NCBI GenBank assembly: GCA_963762585.1
Contig: CAVXLF010000023.1
Coordinates: 85,035 to 149,034 of the forward strand
Direction: 5' to 3'
From: an uncultured Verrucomicrobiae bacterium
GTDB taxonomy: Bacteria > Verrucomicrobiota > Verrucomicrobiia > Limisphaerales > UBA11358
DNA length: 64,000 nucleotides
Below are positions 1 to 11,569 of the stretch, piece after piece. Position numbers and translations under genes: made by a program. The notes under the pieces were generated by a model that was given only the letters and a program-made list of their open reading frames with translations, was not told the DNA's origin and did no database searches. Within the stretch, counting starts at the first letter, position 1, and every line of letters begins with the position of its first letter.

Positions 1-306
1 ATCGGCAAACAGGCTCGCGGCTTCGAACCTCAGAAAATAGCGTTTGCCGGGTTCCCGCTGGAGATCCAGTTCGCGCCGGTACCAGCCCGGCCCGCGGTAA
101 TAATCCTTTCCCTGTTGTGCCTCCACCCAGCCCCAGTTGTGGGGAATGGCAACCGTCTGCCAGTTGGTGTCACTGAAGCTTGCCGCTTCCGCGCCCAGGA
201 TGTCACCCGGTTTGAACCGCCAGTCCGAATCCAGCAACGTGTCCTCGCGCGCAAGCGCCGGGCAGCCCAGCGCGAGCAGGGAAAGGAAAATAAAAAATCT
301 GTGCAC
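1..306 (-). CDS. Glycoside hydrolase family 2-like protein, N-terminal fragment (continues beyond window start)
   Basis: Not in ORF track (no stop inside window). Minus-strand frame ending at nt 1, GTG at 306: (M)HRFFIFLSLLALGCPALA signal-like peptide, then DSDWRFKPGD..SDTNWQTVAIPHNWGW..YYRGPGWYRRELDL..GKRYFLRFEAASLFAD, resembling the GH2 sugar-binding N-terminal block. Confidence 0.5.
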   Translation of the reverse strand, partial: MHRFFIFLSLLALGCPALAREDTLLDSDWRFKPGDILGAEAASFSDTNWQTVAIPHNWGWVEAQQGKDYYRGPGWYRRELDLQREPGKRYFLRFEAASLFAD

Positions 307-380
307 GGCAGGAATCTTGCCGGGAATTCTTTTGAAGGCAAATGCAATGTTGACGCGGTTGGTCGGGGCCGCCGATTGGG

Positions 381-788
381 TCAACGCCGCCGTTGTTTCA
401 CTTTGAGCTGGGTGGACGCGTGCATAAGCGCCGCCTGAACGCGGGCGGCTTCTTCGTCGGTGATTTTTTCCGCCAGCCGCGCCTCGGCGCGGCGCAACGC
501 CTCCTCGGCCTTCGCCTCGTCAATGTTCTCGGCGTTGATGGCCATGTCCGTGAGAATGGCCACGCGGTCGCCGGTCACCTGCACAAACCCGTCGCCGACG
601 CAGATGTAAATGGTCTCCTTGCCCTTCTGCGCGATGATTTCGCCCGCCACCAGCTGCGTCATCAACGGCATGTGTTGCGGCAGGATGCCCATTTCGCCTT
701 CGGTGCCGGTGAGGGTGACCATGTCCACGTCGTCGGAGAAGGTTTTCGCTTCCGGCGTGACAATTTCAAGTTTTATGGTCGCAGCCAT
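381..788 (-). CDS. atpC: F1 ATP synthase epsilon subunit
   Basis: 135 aa; LEIVTPE...GILPQHMPLMTQL...GDGFVQV pattern typical of epsilon; last gene of atp operon after atpD. Confidence 0.9.
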   Translation of the reverse strand: MAATIKLEIVTPEAKTFSDDVDMVTLTGTEGEMGILPQHMPLMTQLVAGEIIAQKGKETIYICVGDGFVQVTGDRVAILTDMAINAENIDEAKAEEALRRAEARLAEKITDEEAARVQAALMHASTQLKVKQRRR

Positions 789-870
789 TTTAATTCACGT
801 TTTACGTTTCACGCTTCGCCCGCACGCCAGCCTTGGCTGAAACGTAAAGCGCGAAACGTGAATCCATCCT

Positions 871-3223
<2,353 letters not shown>

Positions 3224-3229
3224 GGCCAA

Positions 3230-3802
3230 TTATCTTTTGCGACAGGTTCTGACGCGATACCGCGGCGCGGTTTCCCGGACGTGAAAACCGATCTCGCGGC
3301 GGTTTTCCGGCTTCGGCGGTTCAACCAACTGCCGGATGGCCTCAAATAAACTGGTGATGGCTTCGTCATGGCCGCTGACGCGGGTTTCCAATTCCTTCAA
3401 TTTCTGTGCGAGTTCCTTGTTGGCCGTGATGTGTTCACGCATCCAGACAAACGCACGTACGACCCGGACACTGGCTTCGACGGCCACCGGGCTGTTCAAA
3501 ACACTGGCGAGCATCAACGCGCCATGTTCAGTGAAGGCCGTCGGCAAATGACGATGTCCGCCGTGCAGACTTGAGGTCGCAAATTGCGACCTCAAGTTTG
3601 CAAGCTCTTGATGGGCAAGCTCAAACGCAAAGTCATTGGGGAATCTTTCGGCATTCCGGCGGAATTGTTCTTTTAACCGTTTCGTGGTCACGCCATAAAC
3701 CCGCGCCAGATCAAAATCCAACATAACCCGCTGCCCGCGAATCAGATAAATCATATCTTCGATCCGCAGTACCTGAGCCGCGTTGTTTTTGTAACTGACC
3801 AT
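3230..3802 (-). CDS. ORF6N (KilA-N-like) domain DNA-binding protein inserted between atpA and atpG
   Basis: 190 aa; IRGQRVMLDFDLARVYGVTTKRLKEQFRRNAERFPNDFAF...LRSQFATSS...LPTAFTEHGALMLASVLNSP..A...RAF is the ORF6N family pattern; coiled-coil tail. Visibly more AT-rich than flanks. Confidence 0.75.
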   Translation of the reverse strand: MVSYKNNAAQVLRIEDMIYLIRGQRVMLDFDLARVYGVTTKRLKEQFRRNAERFPNDFAFELAHQELANLRSQFATSSLHGGHRHLPTAFTEHGALMLASVLNSPVAVEASVRVVRAFVWMREHITANKELAQKLKELETRVSGHDEAITSLFEAIRQLVEPPKPENRREIGFHVRETAPRYRVRTCRKR

Positions 3803-3810
3803 GAAATTGT

Positions 3811-5343
3811 TCAGTGATAGGTCTGCTTGAATTCCGTGACCGCCGCCTTCAGCTCGGCCGTGAGGGCGTCGTTGATCGCCTTTTCGACGCGAATCTTCGC
3901 CAGCAAATCCGCTTTGCGGGTGTTGAGGAAGTCCGTGAATTTGGCCTGGAAATCCTTGATCTTGTCCACCGGCACGTCGTCCATGAAATTATTCTGCACG
4001 GCCCACAACACCGCCACCTGCGATTCCACGGGAAGGGGATTGTATTGCTGCTGCTTGAACACTTCCACAATGCGCTTGCCGCGTTCGAGCTGCGCCTGCG
4101 TCCGCGCGTCGAGGTCCGAACCGAATTGCGCAAACGCCGCCAGTTCGCGGAACTGGGCCAGGTCGCCCTTGATGCGGCCGGCCACCTGTTTCATCGCCTT
4201 GACCTGCGCCGCCGAACCGACGCGGCTCACGGACAAGCCGACGGAAATTGCCGGGCGCACGCCCTGATAAAACAAATCCGTCTCCAGATAAATCTGCCCG
4301 TCGGTGATGGAAATCACGTTTGTGGGAATATAAGCCGAGACGTCGCCCGCCTGGGTTTCAATGATGGGCAGCGCCGTAAGCGAGCCATTGCCGTAACTTT
4401 CCGCCACCCGCGCGCTGCGTTCCAGCAAACGGCTGTGGAGATAAAACACGTCGCCCGGATAGGCTTCGCGGCCCGACGGACGCTTGAGCACGAGCGACAC
4501 CTGGCGGTAGGCCACGGCGTGCTTGGACAAATCGTCATAGATGATGAGCGCGTCCATGCCGTTGTCCATGAACCATTCGCCAATCGCCGCGCCGGCGAAC
4601 GGCGCCAGATATTGGTTCGTGGCCGAGTCGGAAGCCGCCGCCACCACGATAATCGTGTAAGGCAGGGCGCCCGCGGCTTCGAGCACGTTCAGCACCCGCG
4701 CGATGTTCGATTGTTTCTGGCCGATGGCGACGTAAATGGAGTACAGCGGGCGGTAACTTTTGTCACCGGCCTGCTCCGCCGCCTGATTCAGCCGCGCGTT
4801 GTTGATGATGGTGTCGATGCAAATGGTCGTTTTGCCGGTTGAACGGTCGCCGATGATCAATTCGCGCTGGCCGCGGCCGATGGGAATCATCGCGTCAATG
4901 GCCATGATGCCGGTCTGTACGGGCTGGCTGACCGATTTGCGTTTGATGATGCCGGGCGCGATTTTTTCCACCGGGTAAAAACCGCTTTCCTTGATGGCTC
5001 CCTTGCCGTCGAGCGGCTGGCCCAGGACATTGACGACGCGGCCCAGCAAACCCTTGCCCACGGGCACCTGCAACAGCCGGCCGGTGGTGCGGACTTCGCC
5101 GCCCTCCTTGATTTCGGTGTAATCGCCGAGGATGATGGCGCCGACCTCGGTTTCCTCCAGGTTCAGCGCGATGCCGGTGATGCCATTGCCGAAATCCAGC
5201 ATCTCGTTAAGCATCGCGTCGGTGAGGCCTTCGATCTTGGCCACGCCGTCACCGATTTCGCGGACCACCCCGACATTTTGTTTCACCGTCGCGAGCTTTA
5301 CGCCCGCGATCTGGGCTTCAATTTCCTGCAACAGGTTGCTCAT
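3811..5343 (-). CDS. atpA: F1 ATP synthase alpha subunit
   Basis: 510 aa; GDRSTGKT Walker [13 protein letters not shown], typical alpha C-terminus. Confidence 0.97.
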   Translation of the reverse strand: MSNLLQEIEAQIAGVKLATVKQNVGVVREIGDGVAKIEGLTDAMLNEMLDFGNGITGIALNLEETEVGAIILGDYTEIKEGGEVRTTGRLLQVPVGKGLLGRVVNVLGQPLDGKGAIKESGFYPVEKIAPGIIKRKSVSQPVQTGIMAIDAMIPIGRGQRELIIGDRSTGKTTICIDTIINNARLNQAAEQAGDKSYRPLYSIYVAIGQKQSNIARVLNVLEAAGALPYTIIVVAAASDSATNQYLAPFAGAAIGEWFMDNGMDALIIYDDLSKHAVAYRQVSLVLKRPSGREAYPGDVFYLHSRLLERSARVAESYGNGSLTALPIIETQAGDVSAYIPTNVISITDGQIYLETDLFYQGVRPAISVGLSVSRVGSAAQVKAMKQVAGRIKGDLAQFRELAAFAQFGSDLDARTQAQLERGKRIVEVFKQQQYNPLPVESQVAVLWAVQNNFMDDVPVDKIKDFQAKFTDFLNTRKADLLAKIRVEKAINDALTAELKAAVTEFKQTYH

Positions 5344-5352
5344 AAGATTTTT

Positions 5353-5745
5353 TCAAAAACTTTGTGCCAATTTATCCAGCCGCGTCCGCACACTGCCGTC
5401 GTAAAGGTCGCTGCCGACCTGGATGCGCAGTCCGCCCAGCAGCGCCGGATTCTGGCGGAACGTGATGTCGGCGCCGGCGCCGTAAATTTTTTTGATTCGA
5501 TCCGCCACGCCCGTCTGCAAATCCGCGGGCAGGGAGGTGGCGCTTTCAATGCGCGCGGCATGCTGTTCCAGATCCAGTTTCACCAGCCGGTGCAGGCGCG
5601 ACAAAATTTCAACGTAACCGCGCGGTTTTTTCGCCAGCAGCAAGGTCGTGGCCTGCCGGACGCGGCTTTCATCCAGCAAACCATTCGCCTGACAACTGCG
5701 GAACAGTTGCCGGGCTTCGCGTTGCGCCAGTTTGGAGATTTTCAT
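5353..5745 (-). CDS. atpH: F1 ATP synthase delta (OSCP) subunit, unusually short
   Basis: 130 aa; position between atpF and atpA; C-terminal LLGGLRIQVGSDLYDGSVRTRLDKL matches the OSCP C-terminus. Shorter than the ~180 aa typical of delta. Confidence 0.75.
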   Translation of the reverse strand: MKISKLAQREARQLFRSCQANGLLDESRVRQATTLLLAKKPRGYVEILSRLHRLVKLDLEQHAARIESATSLPADLQTGVADRIKKIYGAGADITFRQNPALLGGLRIQVGSDLYDGSVRTRLDKLAQSF

Positions 5746-5761
5746 TCCAATTCTTTTGAGA

Positions 5762-5811
5762 TAGGGACGCCGCGCCGCGGCGTCCGGTCAGCGCCGCGCG
5801 CTGACCCTACC
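5762..5811. repeat. 50-nt double-hairpin GC-rich REP-like element (TAGGG...CCCTACC) filling the atpF-atpH intercistronic gap
   Basis: TAGGGACGCCGCGCCGCGGCGTCCGGTCAGCGCCGCGCGCTGACCCTACC: two 9-bp stems with 3-nt loops; 45/50 identical to 21897-21946. Confidence 0.85.
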
Positions 5812-5814
5812 CAT

Positions 5815-6303
5815 CTAGGCCACCAGTTGTTTTTCGGTTTCCTCCGCCAATCGCCGCTGGTCTTCCGGCGTAAGGATCTTGCCGGTGACGGTGGTGGTGG
5901 TCTGCACGACCAGCCGCCCGACTTCCCGTTTCAATTCTTCGAGCATCCGCGCGTGATCCTGCGCGGCGGCTTCGCGCGCCTTGGTGATGATTTGTTCGGC
6001 GGCGGCAATGGCCTTTTGCGTTTCGACTTCGCGCACGTGGGCGGCGGCGGCCCGCGCCTCCTCGATCATCTTGTTGGCGAGGTCGCCGGCCTGGGCCAGA
6101 ACCGCCTGGCGGTCGGTCTCGGTCTTGGCCAGTTGCGTCTTGATTTTCTCGGCGTTGGCCAGGCCATCGGCGATTTTTTCACGGCGCACCTCCAGCATGG
6201 CGAAGATCGGCCGGTAGGCAAATCTCCACAGCACGAAAAAGACGATGGAAAAACTGATCGTCTGCGCGATCAGGATCTTCCACTGGATACCTAAAGCGTC
6301 CAT
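5815..6303 (-). CDS. atpF: Fo ATP synthase subunit b
   Basis: 162 aa; N-terminal TM helix then long charged helix (AEKIKTQLAKTE...), operon position. Confidence 0.8.
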   Translation of the reverse strand: MDALGIQWKILIAQTISFSIVFFVLWRFAYRPIFAMLEVRREKIADGLANAEKIKTQLAKTETDRQAVLAQAGDLANKMIEEARAAAAHVREVETQKAIAAAEQIITKAREAAAQDHARMLEELKREVGRLVVQTTTTVTGKILTPEDQRRLAEETEKQLVA

Positions 6304-6310
6304 GGCCGGA

Positions 6311-6529
6311 TTATTTGACGACCAGCCACGCGATGACGGCCCAGCCTTCGGCGAGCGCCATGCCGACGAACATGAACGTCAGGATTTTGCCAAACATTCC
6401 CGGGTTGCGGCTCATGGCGATGACGCCACCGGCCGTGGCGATGCCGATGCCGATGGCCGCGCCGCCAAAGGCGAGACCGATGTGGACGTTGCCCTGAATC
6501 ACAGGGGCTACTGTATCTGCTAGCATCAT
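6311..6529 (-). CDS. atpE: Fo ATP synthase subunit c
   Basis: Start moved to ATGATG at 6529: MMLADTV...GLAFGGAAIGIGIATAGG...SRNPG...FVGMALAEGWAV, a two-helix c subunit with conserved carboxylate (E). Confidence 0.85.
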   Translation of the reverse strand: MMLADTVAPVIQGNVHIGLAFGGAAIGIGIATAGGVIAMSRNPGMFGKILTFMFVGMALAEGWAVIAWLVVK

Positions 6530-6591
6530 AACTTTTCTTTCAGTTGGTTTTGGTTGTCGCCCCGGCGTCCCGTGCCGGGGCAAAAAATAAA

Positions 6592-7548
6592 TCAATGGCT
6601 GTGCTGTTCATCGTTGTGCGTGCAGAGCGTGCCGACGAACGCCACGACGAGCATCGCAAACACAAACGCCTGCACGATGCAGACGAAGGTTTCGTAAAAA
6701 TAGGTAAACGACGATAGCAGCAGCGACAGCAGGAAATGATTGTGGAACTCCATGTCCAATATGCTTTCGCCGGCATAAATATTCCCGTAAAGGCGCATCG
6801 CCAGCGCCACCGGCCGCGCAAATCCCACGGAAAGCAATTCCATCGCGCCGATGAACAGGAACAGCAGAAAGAACAGCGGATAGGTCCATTTGTTGGTGTC
6901 CATCTTCACGCCGAAGATGTGTTTGATCAGCCCCCAAAAACCGTTGTACCGCACCGCCCAGAACAGGCTCATCACCAGAAATATCCCGGCCATCACGATC
7001 GTCAGATTCGCGTCGGTTGTCGGCGGGCGGAAGAACGGTGTGAACTGTCCGTGATGATAAGACCCGATGCTGCCGACGCCCGGGACCAGATCCACCAGGT
7101 TCGACATGACGATGAAAATGAAAAACGTCGTGGCAAACGGAAAAACCCAGCGCGCCACACGCTCGTCCAGAATGTCGCCGATCAGGCCTTCCCACGCTTC
7201 CACCAGCGATTCCATCACGTTCTGCATTCCCGATGGGACTTCCTTGACGCCCTTCCACGTCGTCAGGCGGACAATGGTTAAAATGACGGCCGCGACAATC
7301 CAGGTGCAAATCATCGAGTTCGTCACCGGCAATCCCAAAACCGTGAACAGCGTCGGCGCGCCGGACGGAACCACTTCTGCCGCCGGTTCGGCGGTTGGCG
7401 CCGTGGCCGTCGTGTTTGCCGCGCTGGAAATGGCTCCTCCCGGCGGATGGCCGGGGGCGGATGGCGAAGAGGGCTGCGCGTCCACTGCCACCGCGAAAAT
7501 CGCGGCGAGGAACACACCGGCTAAAATAATTGTGCCGAATCGCTTCAC
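6592..7548 (-). CDS. atpB: Fo ATP synthase subunit a
   Basis: Conserved C-terminal LAMRLYGNIYAGE...FVFAMLV; likely GTG start at 7548 (AAGGAAG about 9 nt upstream) giving a signal-like N-terminus followed by a Pro/Ala/Ser-rich stretch; longest ORF runs to 7653. Confidence 0.85.
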   Translation of the reverse strand: MKRFGTIILAGVFLAAIFAVAVDAQPSSPSAPGHPPGGAISSAANTTATAPTAEPAAEVVPSGAPTLFTVLGLPVTNSMICTWIVAAVILTIVRLTTWKGVKEVPSGMQNVMESLVEAWEGLIGDILDERVARWVFPFATTFFIFIVMSNLVDLVPGVGSIGSYHHGQFTPFFRPPTTDANLTIVMAGIFLVMSLFWAVRYNGFWGLIKHIFGVKMDTNKWTYPLFFLLFLFIGAMELLSVGFARPVALAMRLYGNIYAGESILDMEFHNHFLLSLLLSSFTYFYETFVCIVQAFVFAMLVVAFVGTLCTHNDEQHSH

Positions 7549-8081
7549 GCAAATAACTTCCTTCAGTCCACACGGATTGCCTGTTTGGTCAAACCGGATT
7601 GCGGGCCTCAAAGTCAAAAAGAATGCCTCGTCGTGAAAAAATTCACAAGCCAATTTTGGCCATTTTTCGACAGCATTTTGGCTGGTTTGAGTGTTAAAAG
7701 CACTCCTGGCGCAGCGATTCCGGCGTTTTCCCGGCGGCGCGCAGTGTTCGCAGGCTCAAGGCATCGCGGTGTTTGCCCGATTGTATTGCCGGATTGAAGT
7801 TTGTGGCCAAGCTTTTGTCAGCCGCTTGCCGGCCTAATTATTAATCACGATCCCGGCCCTCCAATTAAGCCCAAAAGCCGCAATCGAATGTTCAGGGACT
7901 CAGTGAGTGTAGTGAGTGTCGCTTTGCCCCAATGGCGAAATTGCCGCCAGATTCGGAATGTGCTTCACCATACCCGTTCGCGAGGCCATAAATTCGCCTC
8001 CATTTTCCATGCTGCCTTTCCACCCCAAAAGTCCCTGCCGCGAAATTGAAGAAAGGCCACCCCCGTTTTTCATGCCGATCG

Positions 8082-9425
8082 TCATACCGTGGGTGCAGGA
8101 TGTTGCGGCTCCGCCGGTGCAAGTTGTGACTCTGCCGTTCCCGTCGGCTGCGGCAGGTGCCTTTTGATCAGGTGCATTACCGCCTTGACGGCCAATTCAA
8201 TCGGCAGGAACGGCTTGGCAATGAGATCGTCGCCGCCGCTCAAAACCCCCTTGGCGCGGCTTTCAAAATCATTGTGGACGGTGACGTAGATCACGGGGGT
8301 TTTCTCATAGCCGGGAATGGCCCGCAATTTCCGGCAAAACTCGTAACCGTTCATCAGCGGCATTTCGATATCGAGCAGAATCAGCTCGTAATTTGTTTCT
8401 TTCAGCAGCTTCAAGGCCTCCAGCGGATCTTTCACGCCGTTGGCCTGGAGATGTGCCCGCTGGAGCGCGAAGATGGCGACGCGATTGGTGACCGCGTCGT
8501 CGTCCACAATCATGACCTTGCTGACCAACGGCTCTTCGACCGATGGCTCGCGCGCCAGGGCAAAAAGCACTCCCATAAAATCCAGGGTCATGGCGATTGT
8601 GCGCAGGCTGGACGGCGTGATGAGGTCCGGCGTGCGTTGCAGCTCGAACAACAGGGCTTCGAATACACCACTGAGCAGTGCGATGTAATGGAACCTGGCC
8701 AGGCCGGTAATGGCGGTGACGAAGTGCACCTTGCGATAAAGAGCGTCGAGCCGCTCCCCGCGCGTCTTTAGGTCCGGACTCTTTCTGAACGCCCGATAAA
8801 GCTCGCGCAAATCCACAATGATGGAGGGCGCGTCCCTGAGAAAATCCTGGCGGCTCTTGATGCTGGAACTCATTTCCACGGCTTCCAGATCGTGCTCGGC
8901 CTGCTTCAACCCGGCGGGGGCCGTGGGCGACTCGATTTTTCTGGCGGCCGTCGGATCCTTGATCAGCAGGTCATTCGCGACGGCAATCAATTTGGCGGGG
9001 TTACACTCGGCCTTGATGACGGTTTGCTGGACGCCGATCTCAATGGCGGCTTGTGCCAGCTCATCCATGAACGCATTGGTGAAGATGGCGACCGGTATGG
9101 AGCGCAAACGGGCTTGTGAACGGAGGAATTTCAACACGTCCACTCCCGAAAGTTTCGGCATCATCAAATCCAACACCACGAGGTCAGGCTTGTCCGCCTG
9201 CAACAGTTCCAGCGCATTCAAGCCATCCGTGGCGGTGGCCACGCTGAAACCATATTGAGCGAGCCTTTTTCCATAAATGGCCCGGATCACTGCGTCATCA
9301 TCCACCAGAAGAATTTTTTTCGGCAGTTGCCCGGGAGGCCCTGCCTCGGGCGACTCCACCGGCGCAGCCGGCGGCGTGGTGGTTCGCGTCTCGTTCACCG
9401 GCGCTTTGTTTCTCATCGTTTTCAT
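8082..9425 (-). CDS. Dual-receiver response regulator with central helical (tentatively Hpt-like) domain
   Basis: REC1 KILLVDDD...DLVVLDLMMPKLSG...; REC2 KVMIVDDD...ELILLDIEMPLMNG...DDLIAKP; central segment RKVHFVTAITGLARF resembles the H-x-x-K-G-S-A Hpt helix. ATG 9425 (MKTMRNK) preferred over 9506. Confidence 0.8.
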   Translation of the reverse strand: MKTMRNKAPVNETRTTTPPAAPVESPEAGPPGQLPKKILLVDDDAVIRAIYGKRLAQYGFSVATATDGLNALELLQADKPDLVVLDLMMPKLSGVDVLKFLRSQARLRSIPVAIFTNAFMDELAQAAIEIGVQQTVIKAECNPAKLIAVANDLLIKDPTAARKIESPTAPAGLKQAEHDLEAVEMSSSIKSRQDFLRDAPSIIVDLRELYRAFRKSPDLKTRGERLDALYRKVHFVTAITGLARFHYIALLSGVFEALLFELQRTPDLITPSSLRTIAMTLDFMGVLFALAREPSVEEPLVSKVMIVDDDAVTNRVAIFALQRAHLQANGVKDPLEALKLLKETNYELILLDIEMPLMNGYEFCRKLRAIPGYEKTPVIYVTVHNDFESRAKGVLSGGDDLIAKPFLPIELAVKAVMHLIKRHLPQPTGTAESQLAPAEPQHPAPTV

Positions 9426-9870
9426 CGGCGATCTAGGGCTGTAATCTGAATTGTCCAAGAATCCAGCATGGAACATCGATGGGTGTAGCAAAAGATATGC
9501 CAGCAAAAATTACCGGTGACGGAGAGGTTGCCTGACGGATCCGATCCAATCCTCCGACCTGGAAATAATCCTAAATCCATCATCAAAACAACTTTGTCGC
9601 GCGGCCGCCCGGGCGCCTCAAAACTCCGCGGAGCTTCCAAGTTGCCGTTGGACCGCACAACCGCAGACAACGACTCCGGCAAATGCCGGTGTCTTGCGCA
9701 TCTTCGAGTCCCGCGATCCAATCCGGCGCAACGTCATTTTTATGGCCGCCGACACCCCGTGCACCCGCAATCGTTCCATTCGACGGAAGGCGGCTCCACT
9801 GGAAGATTTGCCTGTGGATTTCCTGGCAATGGGTCGGCATTGTGAATCATCTTTGTTTCGTCAGCGCGGC

Positions 9871-10710
9871 TCAAGCCCATTTTCGCCGCCAGGAGTCTGG
9901 GGTTTCGCCGTTGGCACGCAACGTCCGCAGACTCAAGGCATCGTGGCGCTTTGCCAGCCGCTCACCCGATTCGTCGCACAGCAGGGGGCAGTGAAAAAAC
10001 GCCGGAGGCTTGAGGCCGAGCGCGTGGTACAGCAAAATTTGTCGGGCCGTGCTGGCCAGCAGATCCGCGCCGCGCACCACCTCGGTGATCCCCATCGCCG
10101 CGTCGTCCACCACGCAGGCCAGTTGATACGCCGGAACGTCATCGTGCCGCCAGACGACAAAATCGCCGAAATGCGTGCCGGCGATGAACTGTTGCGGCCC
10201 CTGATTTCCGTCGGTGAACGAAATGGTTTTGCCGTCGGGAACCCGGAAACGCCAGGAGAATTTTCGATTCACGATTTCGGATTCGCGGTTTTGCCGGCAG
10301 GTCCCCGGATAAATTGATTCACCGTTTTCCAGGTGCGGGGCGGCCGCGGCCTGCTGGATGTCCTTGCGTGAACAGGTGCAGGGGTAAATGAACCCGCCCA
10401 GGCGCAATTTCTCCAGTGCGGCGCGATAGAGTTTCATCCGCTCGCTTTGGTTGTAAGGGGCAAAAGGTCCGCCGCAGTCCGGGCCTTCCTGCCATTCAAA
10501 ACCAAACCAGAGCAGGTCTTCAATCATGGCCGGGACGAATTCCATTTTGAAACGCGTGGAATCCAGATCTTCGTTTCGCAAAACCAGGGCGCCGCCGTTC
10601 GCCCGCGCGCGTTCTTGCGCCGTCCAAAACGTCCGCGCATGGCCCAGATGCAGATAACCCGTCGGCGACGGCGCGAGCCGGCCACGATACGATTTTTCAG
10701 AACGGTTCAT
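9871..10710 (-). CDS. gluQ: Glutamyl-Q tRNA(Asp) synthetase
   Basis: 279 aa truncated GluRS paralog: RGRLAPSPTGYLHLGHARTF, LRNEDLD, YPCTCSR, YPGTCR, no anticodon-binding domain. Confidence 0.85.
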   Translation of the reverse strand: MNRSEKSYRGRLAPSPTGYLHLGHARTFWTAQERARANGGALVLRNEDLDSTRFKMEFVPAMIEDLLWFGFEWQEGPDCGGPFAPYNQSERMKLYRAALEKLRLGGFIYPCTCSRKDIQQAAAAPHLENGESIYPGTCRQNRESEIVNRKFSWRFRVPDGKTISFTDGNQGPQQFIAGTHFGDFVVWRHDDVPAYQLACVVDDAAMGITEVVRGADLLASTARQILLYHALGLKPPAFFHCPLLCDESGERLAKRHDALSLRTLRANGETPDSWRRKWA

Positions 10711-11569
10711 GCGGATTCGCGGCCAGCCATCCGGTCAGGCCGGGAAGGGGCCGGGACAGAACATTTTGCGCCTTGGAAATGTTCAGGGACGTGTCCGGCG
10801 CGCGCGGTGGGCCGGCAAAATCCACGGCTGAGCCGGGCTCGATGTTCGCCTGCAATTCCGGCCAGCGCCGGGCCAGCAACTGCCCGATCTGCCAGCGCGA
10901 CAGTCTTTCCGCGCCCGCCACGTGATAAAGTCCGGCGCGGTTTGAGGCGGCCAGTTGCCACAGGGCGCGCGCCGTTTCGCCGGCGAAAATCGGGCAACGA
11001 AATTCGTCCGTGAACAGCTTCATTTTTTGTCCGGTTTTCCAGGCGAGCTTCAGTTGTTCGTTGAAGCCGCGCCTGCCGCCGGGTGAAATGCCGCCGTTGA
11101 TGGACGTGCGCACCACGAGGTGGCGCGGATTTTTCAAAACGATTTGTTCGGCGGCCACCTTGGTTTCGCCGTAGACATGAACCGGATTCACCGCGTCCGT
11201 CTCGACGTAATTTCCCTGGCGCCCGTCAAAAACCAGATCGGTCGATAGAAAAACGAACGGAATCTCCGCGGCCAGTTCCGCGAGCCGTTCGGTGACTTCG
11301 ACGTTTACCCGTCGCGCCTGCGCGGGATTGGCCTGGGCTTCAACCATCCCGGACATGGCCGCGCAGTGGATGACCAGTTGCGGCCGGTCTTTCTGGAATT
11401 CGCGGCGGACGGCGTTGAAATCAAGCAGATCGAGCCGGGCGCGCGCCAAGGCCCGCACCTGCCAGGCGGGGGCGAACATTGGCGCAATTTGGACCAGATA
11501 ATTTCCGATGAGTCCGCCCGCGCCGGTGATCCAGGCTAGCGGTTTGTTTTCTCCGGCAGAAGTCTTCAA
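10697..11569 (-). CDS. NAD(P)-dependent SDR, RmlD (dTDP-4-dehydrorhamnose reductase)-like
   Basis: 290 aa; WITGAGGLIGNYL Rossmann motif, STDLVFDG, YGETK catalytic Y-x3-K; TTG start overlapping relE stop (TTGA). Confidence 0.65.
   Translation of the reverse strand: MKTSAGENKPLAWITGAGGLIGNYLVQIAPMFAPAWQVRALARARLDLLDFNAVRREFQKDRPQLVIHCAAMSGMVEAQANPAQARRVNVEVTERLAELAAEIPFVFLSTDLVFDGRQGNYVETDAVNPVHVYGETKVAAEQIVLKNPRHLVVRTSINGGISPGGRRGFNEQLKLAWKTGQKMKLFTDEFRCPIFAGETARALWQLAASNRAGLYHVAGAERLSRWQIGQLLARRWPELQANIEPGSAVDFAGPPRAPDTSLNISKAQNVLSRPLPGLTGWLAANPHEPF

Noticed and set aside
5353-5745. Short (130 aa) ATP synthase delta subunit, possibly truncated by the adjacent REP-like element.
   Set aside because: The ORF has its own ATG and an intact OSCP-like C-terminus, and I found no delta-like sequence in other frames upstream. 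I cannot tell truncation from a naturally short lineage variant without an alignment.
7549-8081. atpI or a small-protein gene or ncRNA in the ~530-nt region upstream of atpB.
   Set aside because: No ORF with membrane-protein character, and no recognisable RNA motif. There is only a tandem 9-mer (AGTGAGTGT x2 at 7902-7919). It is left unannotated as a leader or promoter region.
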